DNA of 64,000 nucleotides, from positions 10,249 through 74,248 of the forward strand of contig JAKAUI010000058.1 of the NCBI GenBank assembly GCA_021827745.1, written 5' to 3'. Under the pieces are notes generated by a model. It saw nothing but the letters and a program-made list of their open reading frames with translations. It was not told where the DNA came from and made no database searches. Position numbers and translations under genes: made by a program. Source of the stretch: Bacillota bacterium. GTDB taxonomy: Bacteria; Bacillota; Sulfobacillia; JAJZYS01; JAJZLH01. Position 1 is the stretch's first letter; each line of letters starts with the position of its first letter. Positions 18,212-27,736 of this stretch are shown piece by piece.

Positions 18212-19198
18212 GTGGGGCGGGTCTTCAGCGGTCTGCAGCCGACCGGTGAGCTACACATCGGCAACTACATCGGCGCCTTGAAGCAGTTCACCGATCAGAG
18301 CGGTCACTACTACTGCGTGGTCGACCTGCACAGTCTGACCGCAGAGCCCGACCCGGCGACCCTGCACGACCGGACGCTCGATCTGGCTGCCCTCTTGGTG
18401 GCGCTCGGGCTGGGACGGAAGTCCTGCGTCTTCATCCAGAGCCAGGTTTCGGCTCATGCCGAAATGACCTGGCTGCTGGCCTGCGAGGCCCGCACCGGAG
18501 AACTGAACCGCATGACCCAGTTCAAGTCCAAGGGCCGCAACCGGCCGCAGAGCTCGGTCGGGCTGTTCCTCTATCCGGTCCTGATGGCGGCCGACATCCT
18601 GCTCTACGACATCGAAGAGGTGCCGGTCGGAGACGACCAGCGCCAGCACCTCGAGCTGATCCGAGACGTCGCCATGCGGCTGAACAGCCGATACGGCGAC
18701 GTCGTATCGGTGCCGAAGGCGGTCATCCCCAAGCTGGGCGGTCGAGTCTTTTCTCTGACCGACCCCACCCAGAAGATGTCGAAGTCGGACCCCGATCCGA
18801 TGAGCAAGGTGCTGCTCACCGACTCGGACCAGCTGATCGTGAAGAAGATCAAGGCGGCGGTCACCGACTCCGGGCGTGAGGTCAGCCACGATCCGAAGGC
18901 CAAGCCCGGCATCAGCAACCTCCTGGAGATGGCGGCGGTATTGTCCGGCGAGAGTGTTGCCAGCTGGGTGGAGCGCTATCGGGCGAGCGGCTATGGCGCC
19001 TTCAAGCAGGCGGTGGCCGACCAGGTGGTGGCCGTGGTCGGGCCCTTGCGCGACGAAGCGCTTCGCATCCGCCGGGATGAGGCCGAGCTGGAGCGGATCC
19101 TGGCCAGCGGACGCGAGCGGGCCACTGAACAGGCCGAGCGGCGGCTTGTGGCGGTCAAGCGGGCGATCGGGCTGCACCTCCCTGGCGGCCATCCCTAA
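18212..19198 (+). CDS. trpS: Tryptophan--tRNA ligase
   Basis: FSGLQPTGELHIGNY, YPVLMAADILLY, VPVGDDQRQHLE, KMSKS; GTG start after GGAGGG. Confidence 0.95.
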   Translation: MGRVFSGLQPTGELHIGNYIGALKQFTDQSGHYYCVVDLHSLTAEPDPATLHDRTLDLAALLVALGLGRKSCVFIQSQVSAHAEMTWLLACEARTGELNRMTQFKSKGRNRPQSSVGLFLYPVLMAADILLYDIEEVPVGDDQRQHLELIRDVAMRLNSRYGDVVSVPKAVIPKLGGRVFSLTDPTQKMSKSDPDPMSKVLLTDSDQLIVKKIKAAVTDSGREVSHDPKAKPGISNLLEMAAVLSGESVASWVERYRASGYGAFKQAVADQVVAVVGPLRDEALRIRRDEAELERILASGRERATEQAERRLVAVKRAIGLHLPGGHP

Positions 19199-19249
19199 CA
19201 GGGCGCCCTTAGGTGCCAGAGGACAGGGGTGGCGTGGGGTGAAGCCCTG

Positions 19250-19543
19250 TTACTTACGGCGCCTGGCACGGGCGTAGGCAGCATCGTGCGGCCCGAAGGC
19301 GATGAAGGTCACCATGCGACGGCTGTCGTCGATGGTGTAGACCAGCCGATAGGCCACACCCTGATCTGTGAAGGCGTGGGCGAAGACATCCACCAGGTCT
19401 CCCTGTTTGGGCCGACCGGCGTGGCGCGGGTGTGACAAGATGGTCGGAATGATCTCGCTGAGCATCCGGGCGAGGAGGCGAGCCTGTCGCCGAAAGGCGT
19501 ACAGGTCTTTAGCCGCCGACTTCGTAAAGGCGTACCCATACAC
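19250..19543 (-). CDS. RelE/ParE-family type II toxin
   Basis: 97 aa basic protein: FTKSAAKDL...YRLVYTIDD...IAFGPH; directly downstream of an HTH gene. Confidence 0.75.
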   Translation of the reverse strand: MYGYAFTKSAAKDLYAFRRQARLLARMLSEIIPTILSHPRHAGRPKQGDLVDVFAHAFTDQGVAYRLVYTIDDSRRMVTFIAFGPHDAAYARARRRK

Positions 19544-19546
19544 GGC

Positions 19547-19891
19547 TCAGGAGCGCCGGTCGACGAGCGCTTGGAGGAATGAGGGACCGTCGATCAGGTC
19601 ATCATCGGTTTCCCCCAGCCTCTGACGGAGGATGGCGGCCTCGTCGTCGCCTCCGAAGATGGGGATGCGATGGCTCACGTCCACCAACTCGAACAGGTCT
19701 CCGGGCGAGCAGGTCAGGACCTCGCACAGGCGGGCGATGGTGTCAAAGCGAATGCCCTGGGCCTCTCCCCGTTCCAACGCAGACACCGTGTTCGGTCCCA
19801 AACCGGCGAACGAGGCCAGCTGACGCTGCGACATGCGGCGCTGTGCGCGCAAGATGGGAAGCCGGACCCTGATTTCAGTCCTGGGAATCAC
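19547..19891 (-). CDS. XRE/Cro-C1 HTH protein, probable antitoxin
   Basis: RRMSQRQLA...TVSALERG...IRFDTIARLCEVLTCSPGDLF; GTG start after GGAGGT; acidic C-terminal tail. Confidence 0.78.
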   Translation of the reverse strand: MIPRTEIRVRLPILRAQRRMSQRQLASFAGLGPNTVSALERGEAQGIRFDTIARLCEVLTCSPGDLFELVDVSHRIPIFGGDDEAAILRQRLGETDDDLIDGPSFLQALVDRRS

Positions 19892-20145
19892 GTGGCACAC
19901 CTCCATCGATCTATACAATGACATTATATCGTTATAGCGCTACATACGCGTACCCAACGGATCGCCCTGGCCCTGTCCCAGGTTCGTGCGGACGCCCCGC
20001 CGGCGGCTGGCACAGAGCTCGCCGGCCGCGGCGGCACCACGTGTTTCGGGAGATGCGCTTGGCGCTGGGGCGGCGTCTGTCGGGGCAGGGCACAGGCCTC
20101 TTCCTGGGCGCGATGCGGCCCATCGGCCGCCAAGGAGTGTCGGAC

Positions 20146-21750
20146 CTAGAAGACTGGCCGCTCTCGGTAGGTGCCGAAGACCTCTTTCAGGGCTGCGCAG
20201 ATCTCGCCGAGCGTCGCCTCGGCCCTGGCGGCGGCCACGATGTCCGGCATCAAGGGGGCGCCTTTTGTGCTAGCGGCCTTCTTGAGCGACGCGAGGGCGG
20301 CGCTCACGGCGCCCTGATCGCGTCCGGCCTTGTAGGCGTTGACCCGATCGGTCTGCCGGCGCTCGATCGCCGGGTCGATGCGCAGGAGATCGATCGGCTG
20401 GGCCTCGCCGTCTTCGGTGAAGCCGTTCACTCCGACCACGATCCTTTCGCCTCTGTCCATCTCCTGCTGGTAGCGGTAGGCGGCGTCCGCGATCTCGCGC
20501 TGGAAGTAGCCGCTCTCGATGCAGGCGAGCACACCGCCCAGGTGGTCGATCTCGTCCAGATAGACCTCGACCTGGCGCTCCATCTCGTCTGTGAGCGCCT
20601 CTACGAAGTAGCTGCCGCCCAAGGGGTCCACGGTCCGGCCGACGCCGGCCTCATGGGCGATGATCTGCTGGGTGCGAAGGGCGATCGTGACCGCCTTTTC
20701 CGTGGGCAGGGCCAAGACCTCGTCCATCGAGTTGGTGTGCAGAGACTGGGTGCCGCCCAAGACAGCGGACAGGGCCTCGAGAGCGGTGCGCACGATGTTG
20801 TTCTCCGGCTGCTGGGCGGTCAGGGAAGATCCGGCCGTCTGGGTGTGAAAGCGCAGCTTCAGGCTCTTCTCTGCGCGGGCGTGGTAGATCTCTTTCATCC
20901 GCCTGGCCCAGACCCTCCTAGCAGCCCGGTACTTGGCGATCTCTTCGAAGAAGTCGATGTGGGCGTTGAAGAAAAACGAGATGCGGGGGGCGAAGGCGTC
21001 AACGTCGAGACCGGCCTCAATGGCGGCCGCCACATAGGCGAAGCCGTCGGCCAGCGTGAAGGCCAATTCCTGGACGGCGGTCGAGCCTGCCTCCCGGATG
21101 TGATAGCCGGACACCGAGATCGGATTGAACTGCGGCACCTTGGGTCCGAAGGCGAACATGTCGGTGATCAGGCGCATCGACGGGGCGGGCGGGAAGAGCC
21201 ACTCCTTCTGGGCGATGTACTCCTTTAAGATGTCGGTCTGCAATGTGCCGCGCAGCTTCGACCAGGGCACGCCCTTCATTTCCGCCACCACCAGGTAGAA
21301 GGCCCACAAGACCGGCGCCGGCCCGTTGATCGTCATCGAGGTCGACACCTGGTCGAGCGGGATGCCCTCGAACAAGGTGGCCATGTCGGAAACCGTCGAG
21401 ATGGCGACGCCCTCGCGGCCCACCTCGCCCTGGGCCAGGGGGTGGTCGGCGTCGAGCCCCATCAGGGTCGGCATGTCAAAGGCCACAGACAGGCCGGTCT
21501 GGCCGCCAGACAGCAGATAGTGGAAGCGGGCGTTCGTGTCCTCGGCGCTGCCGAAGCCGGCGAACTGGCGCATCGTCCACAGGCGGCCACGGTACATGGT
21601 GTCGTGGATGCCGCGGGTGTAGGGGTAGACGGCCGGCTCTTCAAGCGGCGGCCTCTGCTCTTCCCCGCTGTAGAGAAGGTGGATGGGCAGTCCAGACAAG
21701 GAGGGCTCGGTCGGGCCCTTGCCGCTGTGCCGGGTCGTCTTGGTGGCCAC
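20146..21750 (-). CDS. icmA: B12-dependent acyl-CoA mutase large subunit, isobutyryl-CoA mutase type
   Basis: [50 protein letters not shown]; no B12-binding domain. Confidence 0.8.
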   Translation of the reverse strand: MATKTTRHSGKGPTEPSLSGLPIHLLYSGEEQRPPLEEPAVYPYTRGIHDTMYRGRLWTMRQFAGFGSAEDTNARFHYLLSGGQTGLSVAFDMPTLMGLDADHPLAQGEVGREGVAISTVSDMATLFEGIPLDQVSTSMTINGPAPVLWAFYLVVAEMKGVPWSKLRGTLQTDILKEYIAQKEWLFPPAPSMRLITDMFAFGPKVPQFNPISVSGYHIREAGSTAVQELAFTLADGFAYVAAAIEAGLDVDAFAPRISFFFNAHIDFFEEIAKYRAARRVWARRMKEIYHARAEKSLKLRFHTQTAGSSLTAQQPENNIVRTALEALSAVLGGTQSLHTNSMDEVLALPTEKAVTIALRTQQIIAHEAGVGRTVDPLGGSYFVEALTDEMERQVEVYLDEIDHLGGVLACIESGYFQREIADAAYRYQQEMDRGERIVVGVNGFTEDGEAQPIDLLRIDPAIERRQTDRVNAYKAGRDQGAVSAALASLKKAASTKGAPLMPDIVAAARAEATLGEICAALKEVFGTYRERPVF

Positions 21751-21926
21751 GACGTGGTCCCCCTCGTGGGAAGCCTTGAACGCGGCTCTATTGTCGCGCC
21801 CTTGGGCGCTTCGTGCGACCTAATCCCGAGCTACCACCCCAGAGCCTGCGCTTCCTGCTCCCGGTGCGATGGTGCGGGTTTCCTTGCGGTAGTATGATGG
21901 GCCGGAAGGGAGCTGACTCCTCTAGC

Positions 21927-22913
21927 GTGGCAGCCCGTACGCCTGCCGAAGCCGACCGGTTCGTCGTCCCGGACAACCGCCAGGCCCGTGCGCTGTTTGG
22001 TCCATTCGACGAGAATCTGCGGCTGATTGAGGGCGAGATCCCAGTCAGCGTGGTGTCGCGGGGCAACGAGGTGGCCGTGACCGGCGAAGCCGCCCACCGC
22101 CAGACCGTGGTGCGCGTGCTGGAGCTCCTCTTGGACGATGTGCGGCGCGGCCACAGCCCGGGACGGCTGGAGGTTCGCCAGGCCATCCGGGACAGCGCCC
22201 ACGACTTTGCACCGTTGCCGGCCGACACCGTGGTCACGACCGCCCGCGGCAAGCCGATCCGGCCGAAGAGCGACGGCCAGCGGGCGTATGTGGATGCGAT
22301 CAAGGGCAACGACATCGCCTTCGGGATCGGTCCGGCCGGCACCGGCAAGACCTACCTGGCGATGGCGATGGCCGTGACCGCCTTCAAGGCCCACGAGGTG
22401 AGCCGCATCATCCTGACCCGGCCGGCGGTCGAGGCTGGCGAGAAGCTGGGGTTCTTGCCCGGGGACCTGCAGGAGAAGGTCGACCCCTACCTTCGGCCGC
22501 TCTACGACGCCCTCTTCGACATCCTCGGCATCGACGTCTTCGACCGCTACCGCGAGCGCGGCGTGCTCGAGATCGCCCCCTTGGCCTACATGCGTGGCCG
22601 CACGCTCGACGACTCGTTCGTGATCCTGGACGAGGCTCAGAACACCAGCCCCGAGCAGATGAAGATGTTTTTGACCCGCCTTGGCTTTGACTCGAAGACC
22701 GTGATCACCGGCGATGTCACCCAGATCGACCTGCCCAAGGGGTCCGTCTCCGGGCTGATCCATGCGAAAGAGGTGCTGAAAGACATTCCGGGCATCTCCT
22801 TTGTCACCCTGACCGAACGCGACGTGGTCCGCCATCCTCTGGTCCAGGCGGTGATCAAGGCCTACGACCGGGCCCAGGCCCTGATCGACCAGGCCGAAAA
22901 GGACCGACCGTGA
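21927..22913 (+). CDS. phoH: PhoH family ATPase
   Basis: GPAGTGKT, RPAVEAGEKLGFLPGD, LAYMRGRT, LDEAQN; start uncertain. Confidence 0.93.
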   Translation: MAARTPAEADRFVVPDNRQARALFGPFDENLRLIEGEIPVSVVSRGNEVAVTGEAAHRQTVVRVLELLLDDVRRGHSPGRLEVRQAIRDSAHDFAPLPADTVVTTARGKPIRPKSDGQRAYVDAIKGNDIAFGIGPAGTGKTYLAMAMAVTAFKAHEVSRIILTRPAVEAGEKLGFLPGDLQEKVDPYLRPLYDALFDILGIDVFDRYRERGVLEIAPLAYMRGRTLDDSFVILDEAQNTSPEQMKMFLTRLGFDSKTVITGDVTQIDLPKGSVSGLIHAKEVLKDIPGISFVTLTERDVVRHPLVQAVIKAYDRAQALIDQAEKDRP

Positions 22914-25036
22914 GCACCGCCGCCACCGCCTGGCAGCGGCTGGAGAGCCTGTGGCTGAGCCACCGGCCCGGTCGGGAGAGCCGGTGGGCGATCGCCTTCG
23001 CCCTGATCTTCGCCCTGACGCTCGGCATCGCCCAGGCCACGACCATCGTCAGCCTGAAGGCCGGCGAGGTGGCGCCGGTCGACATCATCGCCACCCAAAA
23101 GGCGGTGGACCTCCCCCTCTATCAGACCGAGAAGGCGAAGGCGGCCCGGGGCGTGGCCCCGGTCTACGTCTCGTCCACATCGGCCGTCAGCGTCGGCGAC
23201 AGCGCCATCGCGAAGCTGATCGGCGAGGTGCTCGACGTGCAGGCGTCTCTGGCCAAGGGGTCGACCAGCGCCGCCCAGCTGGCGGCCTGGCAGTCCCAGG
23301 TCGGCCTGGTCCTGCCCGCCTACGCCGTGAGCCAGTTCCTGGCCCTGCCCGCAGCCACCGTCAGCGATCTCGGCAAGACGGCCGACAACATCTACCAGGC
23401 GGTGCTGGCCCAGGCCTCCTACAAGCAGAACCAATTGACCGCCGAGCAGGCGGCGCTCGACCAGCGGGTGGCGGCCTACGCCCTGCCCCGAGCCGAGTCC
23501 CTCTTCTTGGACGCCGCCTTGAACCAGTCCGCCCAGCCCAACTTGATCTATTCCGCCAGCGAGACCCAAAAGGCGATCTCGCGGGCCCAAGATGCGCTGA
23601 TCGCACCCATGATCCAGCCCGGCCAGCTACTCGTGGCCAAGGGCGAGGTGCTGTCAGCGAGTACGGTCCAACTGCTCCAGCAGCTGGGTCTGGTCGACCG
23701 CGGCAGTCTGTGGTCGGCGCTGTGGGATGCGGCGCTCTTCGCCGCCGCCTTCGCCCTGATGGGTGCGGTGGCGATCAGCCGCTTTCGGCCAGCCTTGTGG
23801 CAGGACCGGCCCCGCCTCTTGGCCGTGGCTGCCACCAGCCTGCTCACGGTGGTGGTCGGCCGTCTGCTCTTGCCGCTTTCGCCCCTGCTGCTGCCGCTTC
23901 CCTTTGCCGCCGTGGTGGTGGCTGTCTTGGTCGACGCCTGGACCGCCCTGCTCCTGACCCTTGGCTTGGCCGCCATCTTGGCCGGGGCCTTCGCCGTGGG
24001 TGCGGCGCCGGTGGCCGTCCTGATCGGCGAGGCGGTGGCCGGCGTGCTGGTCACGAGCCGGCTCGGCGACCAGCGCGATCTCCTGCGCACGCCGCTCTGG
24101 CTGGGCGGTGTGGCCGCCTTCTTGGTGCTGGCCGCCGAGGTCTTTGCCCTGCAGGCGGCGCCCAGCGCCATCGTCTGGTCAGACGTGCTGTGGGCGCTGG
24201 CCGGGGCTTTGGTCTCAAGCCTGCTCACGCTCGGGCTCCTGCCCTTTTTTGAGTCCTATTTCGGGATCCTCTCGCCCTTTCGGCTGCTCGAGTTCTCGAA
24301 CCCGAACCAGCCGCTTCTGCGCCGGCTGATGCTGGAGGCGCCCGGCACCTACCACCACTCCCTGATCGTCTCCAACCTGGCGGTGGCGGCGGCCGAGGCG
24401 ATCGGCGCCGACAGCCTGCTCTGCCGTGTCGGCGCCTACTACCACGACATCGGCAAGGTCAGGCGGCCGGCCTTCTTCGTGGACAACCAGATGGACCAGC
24501 GCAACCCGCACGACGAGATCTCGCCCCGGGCCTCTGCCGCCATCGTCATCCGCCATGTTCAGGACGGATTGGAACTGGCCAGCCACGCCCGGCTGCCGAG
24601 CGAGATCAGCTCCTTCATCGCCGAGCACCACGGCACCAGCCTGGTCAGCTACTTCTTCCACAAGGCGACGGTGGCCGGAGGAGAGGAGGCGGCGGACGAG
24701 GCGGAGTTCCGCTATCCTGGCCCCCGCCCGCAGAGCCGCGAGACCGCCATCTTGATGCTGGCCGACTCGACCGAGGCGGCGGTGCGGGCGATGCCGAGCC
24801 ACCAGGCCGACGAGATCGAGCAGATGGTGGACAAGATCCTGCGCGACAAGCTGGAAGACGGCCAGCTGAACGAATCTCCGATCACGCTGCGCGACATCGG
24901 GGTGATCGGGCGCACCTTTTCGCGGATGCTGGCCGGCGTCTACCACACCCGGATCGAGTACCCGGACTTAGATGAGTTGCGGGGGGAGCGGCGGGCGGCT
25001 CGTGGTCAAGACAGCAGTTCTGCTCGACAGCGCTGA
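22910..25036 (+). CDS. 7TM-HD (HDIG) phosphohydrolase, PgpH-like c-di-AMP phosphodiesterase
   Basis: Extracellular domain, TM helices, EAPGTYHHS, YYHDIGK, EHHGT, MLADS; sits between phoH and ybeY. Confidence 0.88.
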   Translation: MSTAATAWQRLESLWLSHRPGRESRWAIAFALIFALTLGIAQATTIVSLKAGEVAPVDIIATQKAVDLPLYQTEKAKAARGVAPVYVSSTSAVSVGDSAIAKLIGEVLDVQASLAKGSTSAAQLAAWQSQVGLVLPAYAVSQFLALPAATVSDLGKTADNIYQAVLAQASYKQNQLTAEQAALDQRVAAYALPRAESLFLDAALNQSAQPNLIYSASETQKAISRAQDALIAPMIQPGQLLVAKGEVLSASTVQLLQQLGLVDRGSLWSALWDAALFAAAFALMGAVAISRFRPALWQDRPRLLAVAATSLLTVVVGRLLLPLSPLLLPLPFAAVVVAVLVDAWTALLLTLGLAAILAGAFAVGAAPVAVLIGEAVAGVLVTSRLGDQRDLLRTPLWLGGVAAFLVLAAEVFALQAAPSAIVWSDVLWALAGALVSSLLTLGLLPFFESYFGILSPFRLLEFSNPNQPLLRRLMLEAPGTYHHSLIVSNLAVAAAEAIGADSLLCRVGAYYHDIGKVRRPAFFVDNQMDQRNPHDEISPRASAAIVIRHVQDGLELASHARLPSEISSFIAEHHGTSLVSYFFHKATVAGGEEAADEAEFRYPGPRPQSRETAILMLADSTEAAVRAMPSHQADEIEQMVDKILRDKLEDGQLNESPITLRDIGVIGRTFSRMLAGVYHTRIEYPDLDELRGERRAARGQDSSSARQR

Positions 25037-25436
25037 GCTGACGCCCGGCCTGATCTTGCTCACCGAGCGGGCGATCGAGGCCTGCCTTGCGGTGAGCGGG
25101 CAGACTGGTCGGGAGGTGTCCTTGGCAGTGGTGGACGATCAGAAGATGCAAGAGATGAACCGCACCTTTCGTCAGGTGGACAAGAGCACGGACGTGCTCT
25201 CCTTTTCGCTCGCCGACAGCCCCGAAGACCCGCTCTTGGGCGAGGTGGTGATCAGCCTGCCTAGGGCGATCGAGCAGGCGGCCGACCTTGGCCACAGCCT
25301 TCTGCGCGAGATGGCGTTTTTGGCGGTGCACGGCACCTTGCACCTGTGCGGCCACGATCACGAGACGCCCGATGGAGAGCGGGAGATGACAAGACGGCAA
25401 GAGGCTGTGCTCCAGGGATTGGGGATCGGCCGATGA
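25002..25436 (+). CDS. ybeY: rRNA maturation endoribonuclease YbeY
   Basis: TDVLSF, LGEVVIS, HGTLHLCGHDH. Confidence 0.92.
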   Translation: MVKTAVLLDSAELTPGLILLTERAIEACLAVSGQTGREVSLAVVDDQKMQEMNRTFRQVDKSTDVLSFSLADSPEDPLLGEVVISLPRAIEQAADLGHSLLREMAFLAVHGTLHLCGHDHETPDGEREMTRRQEAVLQGLGIGR

Positions 25437-25867
25437 ACTTCGCCGGGTCGTTTCGGGCCGCCTGGTCTGGTCTCGTGCGGTTGTTTTTCGAGGAGCCAAA
25501 CGCCCGTTTGGAGCTCGCCATCTTCGAGGTGGTGGTGCTCTCGCTCGGCCTGCTCGGCTTCCCGCTCGTCCTGACCCTGGCCGCCGGCGCCATGGCGGCG
25601 GTGGTGCTCGGACTCGAAGCCCAGAACGCGGCGGTGGAGCGCACGCTCGACCGCTTCGGCGAGCGCAGCCCGGCCATCGGCCAGGCCAAGGATCTGGCCG
25701 CCGGCGGCGTGCTGATCGCCGCCATCATGGCCGCCCTGATGGCGATTCTGGCGCTTTCTACCGTGGCCGAGGTCTTGGCGAGGCATCTGATCGCCGACTG
25801 GTGGGCGCTCGCCTTGACCGTGGTCGTGGTCTGGGCCACCTTGTTCCGGCTCGGACATCGGCGGTGA
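25433..25867 (+). CDS. dgkA: Diacylglycerol/undecaprenol kinase family membrane protein
   Basis: SF..AWSGL...EPNAR, E..N.AVE..D, AKDLAAGGVL; overlaps the ybeY stop. Confidence 0.8.
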   Translation: MNFAGSFRAAWSGLVRLFFEEPNARLELAIFEVVVLSLGLLGFPLVLTLAAGAMAAVVLGLEAQNAAVERTLDRFGERSPAIGQAKDLAAGGVLIAAIMAALMAILALSTVAEVLARHLIADWWALALTVVVVWATLFRLGHRR

Positions 25868-26574
25868 GAGACGATCGCCAGCAGACGCTGACCGCCCTGG
25901 TGCTGGCCCTTCGCCCCTATGGCGAGGCCGACTGCCGGGTCGAGACCGTGACTGCGGAGCAGGGTCGGGTCGGAGCCTGGGCCAGGGGGCTTCGCCGGCC
26001 CAGGGCCAAACTGGGCGGCATCTTGCAGCCCTTCACCCTGGTCGCCCTGACCGTGCACAGCGGCCGAGGGCGCGTGATCACGGGCGCCGAGATGGTGCGT
26101 GGCTTTCGTATCCTAAAGCAAGACTACGGCCGCCTGACCGCCGCCGCCCTGCTCGGCGAGCTGTTGCTTTCGGTCGTGCCGCAGGACGAAGCGGCCCAAG
26201 ACGTGCTGGCGCTCAGCGTGGCTGGCCTGGACGCCATGGAGCAAGAAGAGGAGCCGCTCGGTCCCCTTCTGGCCGTCTTGCGGGACCTGATGCAACTCTT
26301 GGGCTGGGGCGTGAACGCCGAGATCTGTTCTGTCTGCGGTCGGCCGCTCTTTGGCGACTGCTTTTTGCAGCTGGAGGAGGGGACGATCACGCACGGGGCC
26401 TGCCGTCGGCTGGGCATGGTTCTTTCTCCGCCTACCCTCGACACCCTGGCCGGACGAGACGGCGCGCCGTCCCTCCTGGCGCTTGAGGCCCTGGCCCAGC
26501 TGTGGCAAACGCACCTCGAGCGCCCCTTGAAGAGCCTGCCGGCCGTGCGGTCGGCCTTTCGCCACCTGGCCTGA
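25864..26574 (+). CDS. recO: DNA repair protein RecO
   Basis: PYGEAD..V..T...G...ARG.RR, LQPF, CSVCG zinc motif; conserved context. Confidence 0.88.
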   Translation: MRDDRQQTLTALVLALRPYGEADCRVETVTAEQGRVGAWARGLRRPRAKLGGILQPFTLVALTVHSGRGRVITGAEMVRGFRILKQDYGRLTAAALLGELLLSVVPQDEAAQDVLALSVAGLDAMEQEEEPLGPLLAVLRDLMQLLGWGVNAEICSVCGRPLFGDCFLQLEEGTITHGACRRLGMVLSPPTLDTLAGRDGAPSLLALEALAQLWQTHLERPLKSLPAVRSAFRHLA

Positions 26575-26656
26575 GCCTCCGGTGAGAAGACATCGGGCCG
26601 CCGGACCCCTGGGAGGCCTGATCTCCTTGTGCTATGCTTCTTTTGACAACCGAAGA

Positions 26657-26840
26657 CGGCGATGAGGGCGAAGAGTAGCGGAGTCTTCCTGCCGCAAGCG
26701 ATCCGGGGCTGGTGCGAGCCCGGACGGCAGCATCCGCGAAGGGGCGCCGAAGCCGGGTGTGTTCAAGTGGGCCGCATGGCCAATCAGGGTGGAACCGCGG
26801 GAGCAATCCCGTCCCTGGCTGGGATGCGGCATTTTCTTAT
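26657..26840 (+). ncRNA. Glycine T-box riboswitch leader of glyQS
   Basis: AGAGTAG and GGTGnnA stem I motifs, GAA..GGC specifier (Gly), T-box AATCAGGGTGGAACCGCG at 26782-26799, overlapping terminator hairpin with T-rich tail before the RBS. Confidence 0.88.
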
Positions 26841-26854
26841 GAGGAGGCCAGTCC

Positions 26855-27736
26855 ATGGATCTCGTCGGCATCATCCGCCAGCTGGACGACTACTGGCGCC
26901 AGCAGGGCTGCCTGATCGGCATCGGATACGACCGGGAGAAGGGTGCCGGCACCATGAACCCGCTCACCTTCTTTCGCACCCTTGGCCCCGAGCCGTGGGC
27001 GACGGCCTACGTCGAGCCCTGTCGTCGGCCGGCGGACGGCAGATACGGCGAGAGCCCGAACCGGCTCTCGCGCTATCTGCAGTACCAGGTGCTGATCAAG
27101 CCAGTGCCTAAAGACATCGTCGATCGCTACCGCGGCTCTCTTTCTGCCATCGGCCTGCCCCTTGACCGACACGACTTTCGGCTGGTCGAGGACAACTGGG
27201 AGCACCCGTCTCTCGGGGCCTGGGGACTGGGCTGGGAGGTGTGGGTGGACGGCATGGAGGTGACCCAGTTCACCTACTTCCAGCAGGTGGCCGGCATCGA
27301 ACTGAAGCCCATTTCGGTCGAGATCACCTACGGGCTGGAGCGGCTGGCCGCCTACATCCAGGAGGTGGACTCCGTCTACGATCTGGCCTACGACCAGGGT
27401 GTCTCCTACGGCGAGATGGCGCTTTCCACCGAGCGTCAGAACTGCCGTTATGCCTTTGAAGCGGCCTCGGTGCCGTTTTTGCGCCAGTCGTTTGAGGCGG
27501 CCGAGGCGGAGGGACAGCGCGCCCTCGCGGCCGGGCTGTGGGCCGCCGCCTACGACCAGGCTCTCGACTGTTCGCGGCTGTTCAATCTCTTGGAGGCGCG
27601 CCGGGCGCTCGCCTGGACCGAGCGGGCGGCCCTGGTCGGCCGGATCCGCACCATCGCCCAAAAATCCGCCGGGCTGTGGCTTGCCGAGCGCGAGCAGCTG
27701 GGCTTTCCCCTGCGCACAGAGGCGGTGGCCAAATGA
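26855..27736 (+). CDS. glyQ: Glycine--tRNA ligase alpha subunit
   Basis: GAGTMNP, RRPADGRYGE.PNRL, GAWGLGWEVW.DGMEVTQFTYFQQ, EITYGLER. Confidence 0.96.
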   Translation: MDLVGIIRQLDDYWRQQGCLIGIGYDREKGAGTMNPLTFFRTLGPEPWATAYVEPCRRPADGRYGESPNRLSRYLQYQVLIKPVPKDIVDRYRGSLSAIGLPLDRHDFRLVEDNWEHPSLGAWGLGWEVWVDGMEVTQFTYFQQVAGIELKPISVEITYGLERLAAYIQEVDSVYDLAYDQGVSYGEMALSTERQNCRYAFEAASVPFLRQSFEAAEAEGQRALAAGLWAAAYDQALDCSRLFNLLEARRALAWTERAALVGRIRTIAQKSAGLWLAEREQLGFPLRTEAVAK

